Origin: Stellaceae bacterium
GTDB taxonomy: Bacteria; Pseudomonadota; Alphaproteobacteria; ATCC43930; CGMCC-115725
NCBI GenBank assembly: GCA_036489765.1
Contig: DASXFE010000128.1
Coordinates: forward strand, 21,900 to 85,899
DNA: 64,000 bases
Direction of reading: 5' to 3'
Of this stretch, positions 28,586 through 36,897 are shown one piece after another (position 1 is the stretch's first letter; each line of letters begins with the position of its first letter). The notes below the pieces were generated by a model, which searched no databases, had not been told where the DNA came from, and saw only the letters and a program-made list of their open reading frames with translations. Made by a program: the position numbers and the translations under genes.

Positions 28586-29423
28586 AAACCGTCGCTGGCC
28601 CAAAGCTCGTCATCCGTATCCCCAGCTCCTCCACCCGGCGCCGCACCGCGGGGCTCACCAGCGCCGCCAATTCCTCGTCGTGTCGGTAGCCCGGGACGGC
28701 ACCCGAGACGGTCGCCGGGTGGGCATAGATCTCGCTGAGGCCGTCGGGAAGGTGCGGCAGGAGAGCGAGGAGGCGATCCTCGACCATCGCGCCGCTCCAG
28801 GCGAGGCCGAAGACCTGGTCGTTTGCCGTCACCCCTGCCCGCTTCAACCGCCGGCGAAGCGCCGAGACGGCGAAGCCGTAGGCGGGGGCGCGGTAGGTTT
28901 CGCCCGGGAAGGCACGGCGCAGGGGTTCGACCGGCTCGTCGGGAAGGCGCATCGCGCGCATCCCGTATTCTCGCCCGATCTCGACGACAAGGCGTCCGAC
29001 GGTCGGGTGAAGCTGGACGTGCTTGTGTCCGTTGACATGGTCGAGCGGGAGGCCAGTCGCGTGGAACGCGGCGAACTGGGCGCGAATTTCCGCGGCGATC
29101 TGGCGTCGGGCGCCGGGGTGCAGGAAAAACCGGATGCCGGCGCGCACCTCGTTATCGAGAAAGCGCCCCTCGCGGCCGGTGATCGCCCGCAGGTCTCCGG
29201 CCGGCAAAATCGGCTCGCCGTCGCCGAGCACCAGATGCAGCCCGACCGGCAGCCCCAGCCGCCGCGCTCTGGCGACGGCATCGGCCGCGGCCGGGGCGCC
29301 GACCATCAGGCTGGCGCAAGTCAGGATTCCGTCGCGAAAGGCCGCTTCGACCGCCTCGTTGACCGCGAGGTCGCGGCCGAAATCGTCGGCGGTGACGATG
29401 AGGCGCTTTGGCAGCCGCCTCAG
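28584..29423 (-). CDS. hpnK: Hopanoid biosynthesis-associated deacetylase HpnK (YdjC/ChbG family)
   Basis: The YdjC N-terminal catalytic motif LIVTADDFG is encoded at 29400-29376, upstream of the first canonical start (ATG 29306). I extend the gene to CTG 29423, which overlaps the hpnJ stop (CTGA). The start is non-canonical and uncertain. Confidence 0.78.
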   Translation of the reverse strand: MRRLPKRLIVTADDFGRDLAVNEAVEAAFRDGILTCASLMVGAPAAADAVARARRLGLPVGLHLVLGDGEPILPAGDLRAITGREGRFLDNEVRAGIRFFLHPGARRQIAAEIRAQFAAFHATGLPLDHVNGHKHVQLHPTVGRLVVEIGREYGMRAMRLPDEPVEPLRRAFPGETYRAPAYGFAVSALRRRLKRAGVTANDQVFGLAWSGAMVEDRLLALLPHLPDGLSEIYAHPATVSGAVPGYRHDEELAALVSPAVRRRVEELGIRMTSFGPATV

Positions 29424-30847
29424 CCGGCCATCTCCCGGTGGCGGAGGAACTGGAAGAACTCGACGCCCTCGCGCAGCCGCCGCCGCATCATCTGCGGGCT
29501 CCGCAGCATCTCCCCGACCAGCGAGGCGATCTTTTTCCGGCGGAAGTAAAAGCGTTTGTAGAACACTTCGAGCGACTCGAAAATCTCGGTGTGCGACAGA
29601 TGCGGATAGTGCAGCGGCGCGATCTGCACCCCGTTGTCGTCGATCAGCTCAGCGTGCGCGGTGTCGAGCCAGCCCTCATGCACGGCCTGGCGATAAAGCT
29701 CGGTGCCGGGGTACGGCGCGGCGAGCGACACCTGGATCGTGTGCGGATTGATGTCGGCGGCAAAGTTGATCGTCTCCTCGATCGTCTCCTTGGTCTCGCC
29801 GGGAAGGCCGAGGATGAATGTGCCGTGGATCGTGATGCCGAGGTCGTGGCAATCCTTGGTGAACCGCCGGGCGACGTCGACCCGCATCCCCTTTTTGATG
29901 TTGTGCAGGATCTGCTGGTTGCCGCTCTCGTAGCCGACCAGCAAGAGGCGCAGCCCGTTATCGTGCAGCACCTCCAGCGTCTTCCGGGGCACGTTCGCCT
30001 TGGCGTTGCACGACCAGGTGACGCCGAGCTTGCCCAGTTCCTTGGCGATCGCCTCGGCCCGCGGCAAATCGTCGGTAAAGGTGTCGTCGTCGAAAAAGAA
30101 CTCCTTCACCTGCGGGAAATAGCTCTTCGCAAGGCGGATCTCCTCGATCACGTGCTCGACCGAGCGTGTCCGGTAGCGGTGCCCGCCGACCGTCTGCGGC
30201 CACAGGCAGAAGGTGCAGCGCGATTTGCACCCCCGTCCGGTATAGATCGAGACGTAGGGGTGCTTGAGATAGCCGATGAAGTAGTCCTCGACGCGGAGGT
30301 CGCGCTTGTAGACCTCGGTGACGAAGGGAAGCTGGTCCATGTCTTCGAGCACGGCGCGCGCCCGGTTGTGGACGATGGCGCCGGTCCCGTCGCGATAGCT
30401 GAGCCCGTCGATATCGGCGAATTTCCGGCCCTCCGCGACCTCCTTGATCGTGAAGTCGAACTCCTCGCGGGCGACGAAATCGAGCGCGGTCGAGGCCTTG
30501 AGGCTCGATTCGGCTTCGACCGCGACCTTGGCGCCGACAAACCCGATCTTGAGCCGCGGGTTCACGTCCTTGAGCGCCTCGGCGACCTTGACGTCGGAGG
30601 CGAAGGACGGGGTCGAGGTGTGCAGGATCGCGAGCTCGTAGTCGTTGGCCTGCGCTAGCACGCTGTCGAGGCTGATCCGCGCCGGCGGGGCGTCGATAAG
30701 CCGGCTGTCGGGCACCAGCGCGGCCGGCTGGGCGAGCCATGTCGGGAACCAGAACGACTTGATTTCGCGCCGCGCCTGATATCGCGAGCCCGCGCCGCCA
30801 TCGAACCCGTCAAACGAGGGCGGGTGCAGGAACAGGGTCCTCATCAT
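29420..30847 (-). CDS. hpnJ: Hopanoid biosynthesis radical SAM protein HpnJ (B12-binding)
   Basis: CxxxCxxC (CKSRCTFCLWP). The N-terminus MRTLFLHPPSFDGFDGGAGSRYQ is typical. ATG 30847 overlaps the hpnI stop (ATGA). Confidence 0.88.
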   Translation of the reverse strand: MMRTLFLHPPSFDGFDGGAGSRYQARREIKSFWFPTWLAQPAALVPDSRLIDAPPARISLDSVLAQANDYELAILHTSTPSFASDVKVAEALKDVNPRLKIGFVGAKVAVEAESSLKASTALDFVAREEFDFTIKEVAEGRKFADIDGLSYRDGTGAIVHNRARAVLEDMDQLPFVTEVYKRDLRVEDYFIGYLKHPYVSIYTGRGCKSRCTFCLWPQTVGGHRYRTRSVEHVIEEIRLAKSYFPQVKEFFFDDDTFTDDLPRAEAIAKELGKLGVTWSCNAKANVPRKTLEVLHDNGLRLLLVGYESGNQQILHNIKKGMRVDVARRFTKDCHDLGITIHGTFILGLPGETKETIEETINFAADINPHTIQVSLAAPYPGTELYRQAVHEGWLDTAHAELIDDNGVQIAPLHYPHLSHTEIFESLEVFYKRFYFRRKKIASLVGEMLRSPQMMRRRLREGVEFFQFLRHREMAG

Positions 30848-31983
30848 CCGAATCTGTCTCCATCGGCGGACATGCGCCCGTCGGCGTCGACCCGGAACAT
30901 CTGGTCGCGCCACGACACGCTGCGCCCGCAGAAACTACTCACAAAGACCGCAAAGGACAAAGCATCGCGCGCCGGCAGGAGCCACAGCCGCCGCGTCGGC
31001 AGGTCGAGGGTGCGCGCCTGCAGCACCGCCGCCGCCCACCGCATCGCCAGCGTCGACAGCAGCACCGCGGACGACCACGGGTCGAACCCGTTGACGACCG
31101 CGAGCAGCATCGCGACCGGCACGGCGTGGGTGATGATCGAACCGGCAAAGCCGATCGGCACCATCGCCCGCACCGTCCGCGCCCAGCGCAATTCGTGCCG
31201 CCACAGCGCGAGAAAGCTCGCCTCGGCAACCACGTTCTCGACCAGATACGGCGCCAGCGCGACCTTGCCGCCATAGGCGCGCACCGCCGCGCCGATGCGA
31301 TGGTCGTCGGCCAGTTCGTCGCGCAGCGGAACGAACCCGCCGATCCGGTCGAGCGTCTCGCGCGTCAAGGCGATCGTCGCGCCAAAGCAGCCGTCGCCGA
31401 CCCCGAGCGCCGCGCCGGCCAGCGCGCTCGGCAGAAACCCGTAATTGATGTGCATCGCGCCGAGCTGCGACCAGAGGCCGCCGGAGGACCGGCCCTTGTA
31501 GAGACAGGTGACGGCCCCCACCGCCGGATCGCGGAGCGGCGCCGTCACGGTCGCCAGATATTGCGGATCGACCCGCATATCGGCATCGGCCATGACCAGG
31601 ATGTCGTGCCGCGCCGCGGGCAGCATGTTTTCGAGATTGGCGACCTTGAGGTTGCTGCCGCGTCCGCCGGGGTCGACGACGAGCGCCGTATCGGCCTCGG
31701 GCCGCTCGGCCATCACCGCGCGAGCGACCGGAATCGCCGCATCGATCGTGCTGCGCACGCCGAACACGACCTGCACCGCTGCCGGATAGTCCTGATCGAT
31801 AAAGCTGCGCAAATTCTGGTGAAGCCCGGGCTCGATCCCATGCAGCGGCTTCAGCACCGACACCGGCTGGGGCGACGACCGCACCGCGGCATGACGCCGC
31901 GCAAACCCAGACGCCGCGAGAACGGTGCCGGCCAGATAAACCCAGAACGGCAATAGCGCGAGCACAAGGCTCAAAAGGTTCAT
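30844..31983 (-). CDS. hpnI: Hopanoid glycosyltransferase HpnI (GT2)
   Basis: ATG 31983 (MNLLSLVLALLPFWVY) gives 379 aa with the GT2 core VSVLKPLHG...VMADADM. It is co-directional with hpnJ and hpnK. Confidence 0.85.
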   Translation of the reverse strand: MNLLSLVLALLPFWVYLAGTVLAASGFARRHAAVRSSPQPVSVLKPLHGIEPGLHQNLRSFIDQDYPAAVQVVFGVRSTIDAAIPVARAVMAERPEADTALVVDPGGRGSNLKVANLENMLPAARHDILVMADADMRVDPQYLATVTAPLRDPAVGAVTCLYKGRSSGGLWSQLGAMHINYGFLPSALAGAALGVGDGCFGATIALTRETLDRIGGFVPLRDELADDHRIGAAVRAYGGKVALAPYLVENVVAEASFLALWRHELRWARTVRAMVPIGFAGSIITHAVPVAMLLAVVNGFDPWSSAVLLSTLAMRWAAAVLQARTLDLPTRRLWLLPARDALSFAVFVSSFCGRSVSWRDQMFRVDADGRMSADGDRFG

Positions 31984-32086
31984 GGCTCTGCCGTGTGTTT
32001 CAGAAGCGGTATCGGATAAAGAATTGTCGTTGCGTTCGCAATCGGGATTGCCGAGGATGACTCCCAGGGGCGCCCCCCGATCGGCG

Positions 32087-33151
32087 ATGATATCCATTGA
32101 TTTTCCTGGGATTTTCGTGAATTTTCCGAGCACCGCTCTCGCGATCGTGTGCCGTTGCTTCGTCGTCGCCACGCTCGTGGGCCCTACCCTCTTCGGATGT
32201 GCGACACCGCCCGCCGATCCGGCCGCGCGCGCCGCTTTCGAACAGACCAACGACCCGCTGGAGCCGGCCAACCGCAAGATTCTCGAGGCCAACATGGTCC
32301 TCGACACGATTCTCTTACGGCCGGTCGCGAAAATCTATGTGACGATCCTGCCCGAGGAGGCGCGCGACGCGATCCACCGGGCGCTCCAGAACCTGAAAGA
32401 GCCGGTCGTCTTCGTGAACAACGTGCTGGAGTGGCGCCCCAAAGACGCCGGCATAACGGTCGGGCGATTCGGCATCAACTCGACGGTCGGGATCGTCGGC
32501 CTCTTCGATATCGCCGACAAATGGGGCCTCGAGCGCCAGCCGGCCGATTTCGGCCAGACGCTCTATGTCTGGGGGTTCAAGAGCGGCCCCTACCTGGTGC
32601 TGCCGGTCTTTGGCCCCTCGAATGTGCGCGACGCGATCGGCACGGGCGTCGACGCCTATATCGACCCGTTCGACTATCTCGCCACCAAGGAGCACCTCGA
32701 CGGCGTGCAGATCGGCCGCTATGTGCTCGACGGCATCGACCAGCGCGCCCGGGTGCTCGACGTGCTCGACGATTTGCAAAAGAACTCGCTAGATTTCTAT
32801 GCCGAGCTCAGGAGCCTCTCGCAGCAGCAGCGCGCGACCGAGCTGAACCGCGGCAAGCCCCCGCAGACCTCGCCGGACTTCTACAATGACCCGGGCAAGC
32901 CCGGGAGCGCCCCGGCACCCGCGCCCGCGCCAGGACCCGCGGTGTCGGCGGATTTCTACAACGACCCCGGGAAACCGGCCGCTCTCGCACCGCCACCGAG
33001 ACCGTCTCACCCACCGGCCCCGACGGCCAAGGCTGCGTCGCCCCAGCCCCCGGCTCGGCTAACGCCGGCGGCCGCAGCAGCACCGTTGCCGTTCGCTCCG
33101 CGCCCGTCCGATTTCGAGGAAGGCCCGCTGCGCGGCTCAGCCGGCTCGTAA
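32087..33151 (+). CDS. MlaA/VacJ-family outer-membrane lipoprotein with Pro-rich C-terminal extension
   Basis: Lipobox LFGC. MlaA core NDPLEPANRKI...INSTVGIVGLFDIA...GPYLVLPVFGPSNVRD. The ~90 aa tail has two DFYNDPGKP repeats. The start is uncertain (ATG 32087 chosen). Confidence 0.83.
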   Translation: MISIDFPGIFVNFPSTALAIVCRCFVVATLVGPTLFGCATPPADPAARAAFEQTNDPLEPANRKILEANMVLDTILLRPVAKIYVTILPEEARDAIHRALQNLKEPVVFVNNVLEWRPKDAGITVGRFGINSTVGIVGLFDIADKWGLERQPADFGQTLYVWGFKSGPYLVLPVFGPSNVRDAIGTGVDAYIDPFDYLATKEHLDGVQIGRYVLDGIDQRARVLDVLDDLQKNSLDFYAELRSLSQQQRATELNRGKPPQTSPDFYNDPGKPGSAPAPAPAPGPAVSADFYNDPGKPAALAPPPRPSHPPAPTAKAASPQPPARLTPAAAAAPLPFAPRPSDFEEGPLRGSAGS

Positions 33152-33748
33152 CGCCGCCGCGCGCTGGTCGAGGGTACGGACGAGCCCGTCCGGCCCAGAG
33201 CTTTGCAGCACCCCGGCAAATTCCGAGCGCCGCGTCGCCAGCTCGCTGATCGTGCCCTTCAGATAGACGTCGATAACCTGCCACGCCCCGCCGGCGCCGC
33301 GATGCATCAGGTAATTGAGGGTCGTGGCCTCGCCGCTCGACGGGACGAGCCGGCTTTGCACGACGAGGCCGTTCGGGTTCGCCTGGGTGGTCGGGTCGAC
33401 CTCGAACCGCTCGCCGCCATACCCGTCGAAACGGCCGGAATACTGGGACACGGTAAAGCGGATAAAGGCCTGGGTCAGCGCCTGCTGCTGGGCGGGCGGA
33501 ATCTGCGGCCAGGTCGGCCCGACCGCGATCCGCGCCATCAGGCCGAGATCGAAAACGCGTTCGATCACCGGCGCGAGCCGGGCGTAGCGCCCGTCGAAAC
33601 CCAGCGCCTTTGCCTGCTTCATCACGCCGAGCAGCGCGTCGTAAAGCTGCTGGATCACCGCCGGCGCGGCGGCTTCCTGCGCCCCGGCGCCGCGAGCGGC
33701 AAAAGCGGCGATCGGCAGAACGAACAGGCTCCGGCGTGAAACCGACAT
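33137..33748 (-). CDS. hpnM: Hopanoid-associated MlaC/Ttg2D-family periplasmic lipid-binding protein HpnM
   Basis: ATG 33748 gives signal peptide MSVSRRSLFVLPIAAFAARGAGA. The MlaC-like core is FDLGLMARIAVGPTW...FIRFTVSQYSGRF. Its 3' end overlaps the mlaA-like 3' end by 15 bp (convergent). Confidence 0.78.
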   Translation of the reverse strand: MSVSRRSLFVLPIAAFAARGAGAQEAAAPAVIQQLYDALLGVMKQAKALGFDGRYARLAPVIERVFDLGLMARIAVGPTWPQIPPAQQQALTQAFIRFTVSQYSGRFDGYGGERFEVDPTTQANPNGLVVQSRLVPSSGEATTLNYLMHRGAGGAWQVIDVYLKGTISELATRRSEFAGVLQSSGPDGLVRTLDQRAAALRAG

Positions 33749-33926
33749 GAAGAAACCGCGTTGTCTGTCTGAATGGTCGCAGAGATAACAAACAACGCTT
33801 ACGTACACCTATATAAAAGGGGACCCGGCGGTGCATACCGGTCCCGCATGTGGTTGCGTGGGGTTGCGCGGCCGGCGCGCGGTGGTTTATGGCAGGAACA
33901 AGAGCCGAGGCGAGCGAGGCGATAAC

Positions 33927-34853
33927 ATGAAAGTGATCCTGGCCCAGCCCCGCGGCTTTTGCGCGGGTGTCGAGCGTGCGATCGAGATCGTCGAGCGGGC
34001 GCTCGAAAAATACGGCCCGCCGATCTACGTGCGGCACGAGATCGTGCATAACCGGCATGTCGTCGAAAGCCTGCGGGCGAAAGGCGCCCGCTTTGTCGAC
34101 GAGATCGACGAGGTGCCGCCCGGCGCGGTGACGATCTTCAGCGCCCACGGTGTCGCCAGCGCGATCGAGCAAGGCGCCGACGACCGCGGCCTGCGCGTCA
34201 TCGACGCGACCTGCCCGCTCGTGTCGAAGGTGCATATCGAGGGCCAGCGCTACGCCAATCAGGGCCGCGAGATCGTGCTGATCGGGCATGCCGGCCATCC
34301 CGAGATCGAGGGCACGATGGGCCGCATCACCGGCCGCGTGCACCTCATTTCGAAGCCGGCGGAGGTCGCGAAGCTGCAAGTCGCCGATCCCGAAAAGCTC
34401 GCCTTCATCACCCAGACGACGCTATCCGTCGACGATACCCGCGCGGTCATTGAGGCCTTGAAGGCTCGTTTCCCGTCGATCGTCGGGCCCGACACCAAGG
34501 ACATCTGCTACGCGACGCAAAACCGTCAGCGCGCGACCCGCGAGCTTGCCGGCATGGTCGATGTGGTGCTGGTGATCGGCGCGCCGAACAGCTCGAACTC
34601 GAACCGGCTGCGCGAGATCGCGGCCGAATGCGGTGTGCCGGCCTACCTGATCGAGGATGCGAGCGCGCTCGACCCGGGCTGGCTCGAAGGCGCCGAATCG
34701 GTCGGCATCACCGCCGGCGCCTCGGCCCCCGACGCGCTCGTCGAGGAGCTGGTCGAACGCCTGCGCGAGATGACCGCGACCGAGACCGTGCGCCTCCCCG
34801 GCGTCACCGAAAACGTGCGGTTCCGCATGCCGTCGCAGTTGGTAACGAGATAA
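33927..34853 (+). CDS. ispH: 4-hydroxy-3-methylbut-2-enyl diphosphate reductase IspH/LytB
   Basis: [25 protein letters not shown], and the three conserved Cys contexts ([21 protein letters not shown]). Confidence 0.93.
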   Translation: MKVILAQPRGFCAGVERAIEIVERALEKYGPPIYVRHEIVHNRHVVESLRAKGARFVDEIDEVPPGAVTIFSAHGVASAIEQGADDRGLRVIDATCPLVSKVHIEGQRYANQGREIVLIGHAGHPEIEGTMGRITGRVHLISKPAEVAKLQVADPEKLAFITQTTLSVDDTRAVIEALKARFPSIVGPDTKDICYATQNRQRATRELAGMVDVVLVIGAPNSSNSNRLREIAAECGVPAYLIEDASALDPGWLEGAESVGITAGASAPDALVEELVERLREMTATETVRLPGVTENVRFRMPSQLVTR

Positions 34854-34872
34854 GAAGACGAGGTAACGACAA

Positions 34873-36000
34873 GTGGCTATCTCACTCCACCAGAAGATGC
34901 GCGTCGGTGCCTATGTGATGAGCCAGCACCTGCGCGGCGTTAAGCGCTATCCGCTCGTCCTGATGCTGGAGCCCCTCTTCCGCTGCAACCTCGCCTGCGC
35001 CGGCTGCGGCAAGATCGATTATCCGGACGCGATCCTCAACCAGCGCCTCTCGGTCGAGGAATGCCTCGAAGCGGTCGACGAATGCGGCGCCCCGATCGTC
35101 GTCATCGCCGGCGGCGAGCCCCTGCTCCACCGCGAGATCGACGAGATCGTCGAGGGCATCATCGCCCGCAAAAAGTTCGTCTACCTGTGCACCAACGCGC
35201 TGCTCCTCGGAAAGAAGATCGATATCTTCCAGCCCAACCCGTATTTCGCCTGGACCGTCCATCTTGACGGCGACCGCGAGGACCACGACCGCTCGGTCTG
35301 CCTCGACGGCACCTACGACCGCGCGGTCGAGGCGATCCGGGTCGCGAAGGAGCGCGGGTTCAAGGTCAACATCAACGCGACGCTGTTCGACAACGCCGAT
35401 CCCGAACGCATCGCCCCGTTTTTCGACGCCGTGACCGAGATGGGGATCGACGGCATCACCGTTTCGCCCGGCTACGCCTATGAGCGGGCGCCCGACCAGG
35501 AGCATTTCCTCAGCCGCCGCCGCACCAAGGAGCTGTTCCGCGACATCTTCCGCCGCGACCCGAAACGGCGCTGGGCGTTCAACCAGTCGAGCCTCTTCCT
35601 CGACTTCCTCGCCGGCAACCAGACATATCACTGCACGCCGTGGGGCAACCCGTGCCGCAATTATTTCGGCTGGCAGCGCCCGTGCTACCTGCTCGGCGAA
35701 GGCTACGCCAAGAGCTTCAAGGAATTGATGGAAGAGACCGACTGGGATTCCTATGGCACCGGCAATTACGAGAAATGCGCGAACTGCATGGTGCATAGCG
35801 GCTACGAGGCGACCGCCGTCGTCGATTCGGTGAAGCACCCGCTCAAGGCCGCCGTCGTCGCCCTCCGCGGCCTCCGCACCCACGGCGAGATGGCCCCGGA
35901 CATCCCCCTCGACCGCCAGCGCCCCGCCGAATACGTCTTCTCCGCGCACGTGCAGGAAGCGATGGAGCGGCTGAAGCACGACGCGCCGGTAAAGCATTAG
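34873..36000 (+). CDS. hpnH: Adenosyl-hopene transferase HpnH (radical SAM)
   Basis: CNLACAGCGKI radical-SAM motif. The C-terminal Cys-rich region is YHCTPWGNPC...CANCMVHSGYE. Confidence 0.92.
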   Translation: MAISLHQKMRVGAYVMSQHLRGVKRYPLVLMLEPLFRCNLACAGCGKIDYPDAILNQRLSVEECLEAVDECGAPIVVIAGGEPLLHREIDEIVEGIIARKKFVYLCTNALLLGKKIDIFQPNPYFAWTVHLDGDREDHDRSVCLDGTYDRAVEAIRVAKERGFKVNINATLFDNADPERIAPFFDAVTEMGIDGITVSPGYAYERAPDQEHFLSRRRTKELFRDIFRRDPKRRWAFNQSSLFLDFLAGNQTYHCTPWGNPCRNYFGWQRPCYLLGEGYAKSFKELMEETDWDSYGTGNYEKCANCMVHSGYEATAVVDSVKHPLKAAVVALRGLRTHGEMAPDIPLDRQRPAEYVFSAHVQEAMERLKHDAPVKH

Positions 36001-36022
36001 CCCCGATCGGTCACGTCCTTGG

Positions 36023-36045
36023 CCCTCCCCGTTGATGGGGGAGGG
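36023..36045. terminator. GC hairpin between convergent hpnH and hpnG
   Basis: CCCTCCCC-gttgatg-GGGGAGGG, the same sequence flavour as the REP-like family. Confidence 0.5.
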
Positions 36046-36049
36046 GGAA

Positions 36050-36724
36050 TCACAGCGCCGCGAGCATCCGCGACAGCGTATTCGCCGGCTCGGTCAGCGC
36101 CGCCAGCGCCCGTCTCGCCTCACGCGCCAGACCGACCAGCCCTCTGAGCTGGCTCGGATTGCGCAGCACCGACGCGGTGATCCGCGAGATCGCCGGGCGC
36201 CCGTCATGCGCCAGCGGCAGGAGAGCCGCCGGCGGCAGGTGCCGGGTCGCCGGGTCGGCGATGGCGCGCAGCACCAGGAACGGTATTCCCGCTTCCGCCG
36301 CCGCGCGGGCGACGACGCCGCTTTCGAGGTCGACCGCGAGCGCCCCCGTTTCGATCCACGCCCGCGCCTTGTCCGCCTGAGTCGCGACGATCTTGCTGGC
36401 GCCCCAGACGGGCCCCTCGATCGCGTTGATCATGTCGGCGAGATCGCTCACCCGCGAGCGGGGCAGCGCCGGGCTGACCCAGCGGCCGTCGTCGCCGATC
36501 ACCTCTTGCGACAGGATCACGTCGCCCGGCCGCAGCCCGGGTGCCAGCGCCCCCGCGATGCCAAAGCTGACGAGGCATTCGACCTGCGGCACCGCGTCGG
36601 CGACAAGCTGCACCGTCCGCTCGTAGTCGCCCGCGCCGACGACCGCCGCGAACCCCGCCCGCCGTGCGATCTTTGCCTCGGCCATCAGGCCTGAGGTGCA
36701 CAAGATCGTGGATGACAGCCGCAC
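36050..36724 (-). CDS. hpnG: Hopanoid-associated phosphorylase/nucleosidase HpnG (PNP/UDP family)
   Basis: Core LCTSGLMAEAKIA...SFGIAGAL...AVDLESGVVARAA...LVLRAIADP. GTG 36724 was chosen. The longer listed form (ATG 36901) adds 59 aa of low-GC3, Arg/Trp-rich sequence. Confidence 0.75.
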   Translation of the reverse strand: MRLSSTILCTSGLMAEAKIARRAGFAAVVGAGDYERTVQLVADAVPQVECLVSFGIAGALAPGLRPGDVILSQEVIGDDGRWVSPALPRSRVSDLADMINAIEGPVWGASKIVATQADKARAWIETGALAVDLESGVVARAAAEAGIPFLVLRAIADPATRHLPPAALLPLAHDGRPAISRITASVLRNPSQLRGLVGLAREARRALAALTEPANTLSRMLAAL

Positions 36725-36897
36725 GCCCCAGCCCCCCAGCAACGCGCGTGCAAAGAGCGGACAATCCAGAATGCCGGCGGCGTTACCGTGCCACCATCGC
36801 CACGCGCGCCTTATCCGTACGCGCGGTCGCGCGAAATGGCTAGGGTCAAAATGACATGGGAAAGCTGCGCGTAAGGATCGAGCCAGGTCCTGGGCGT

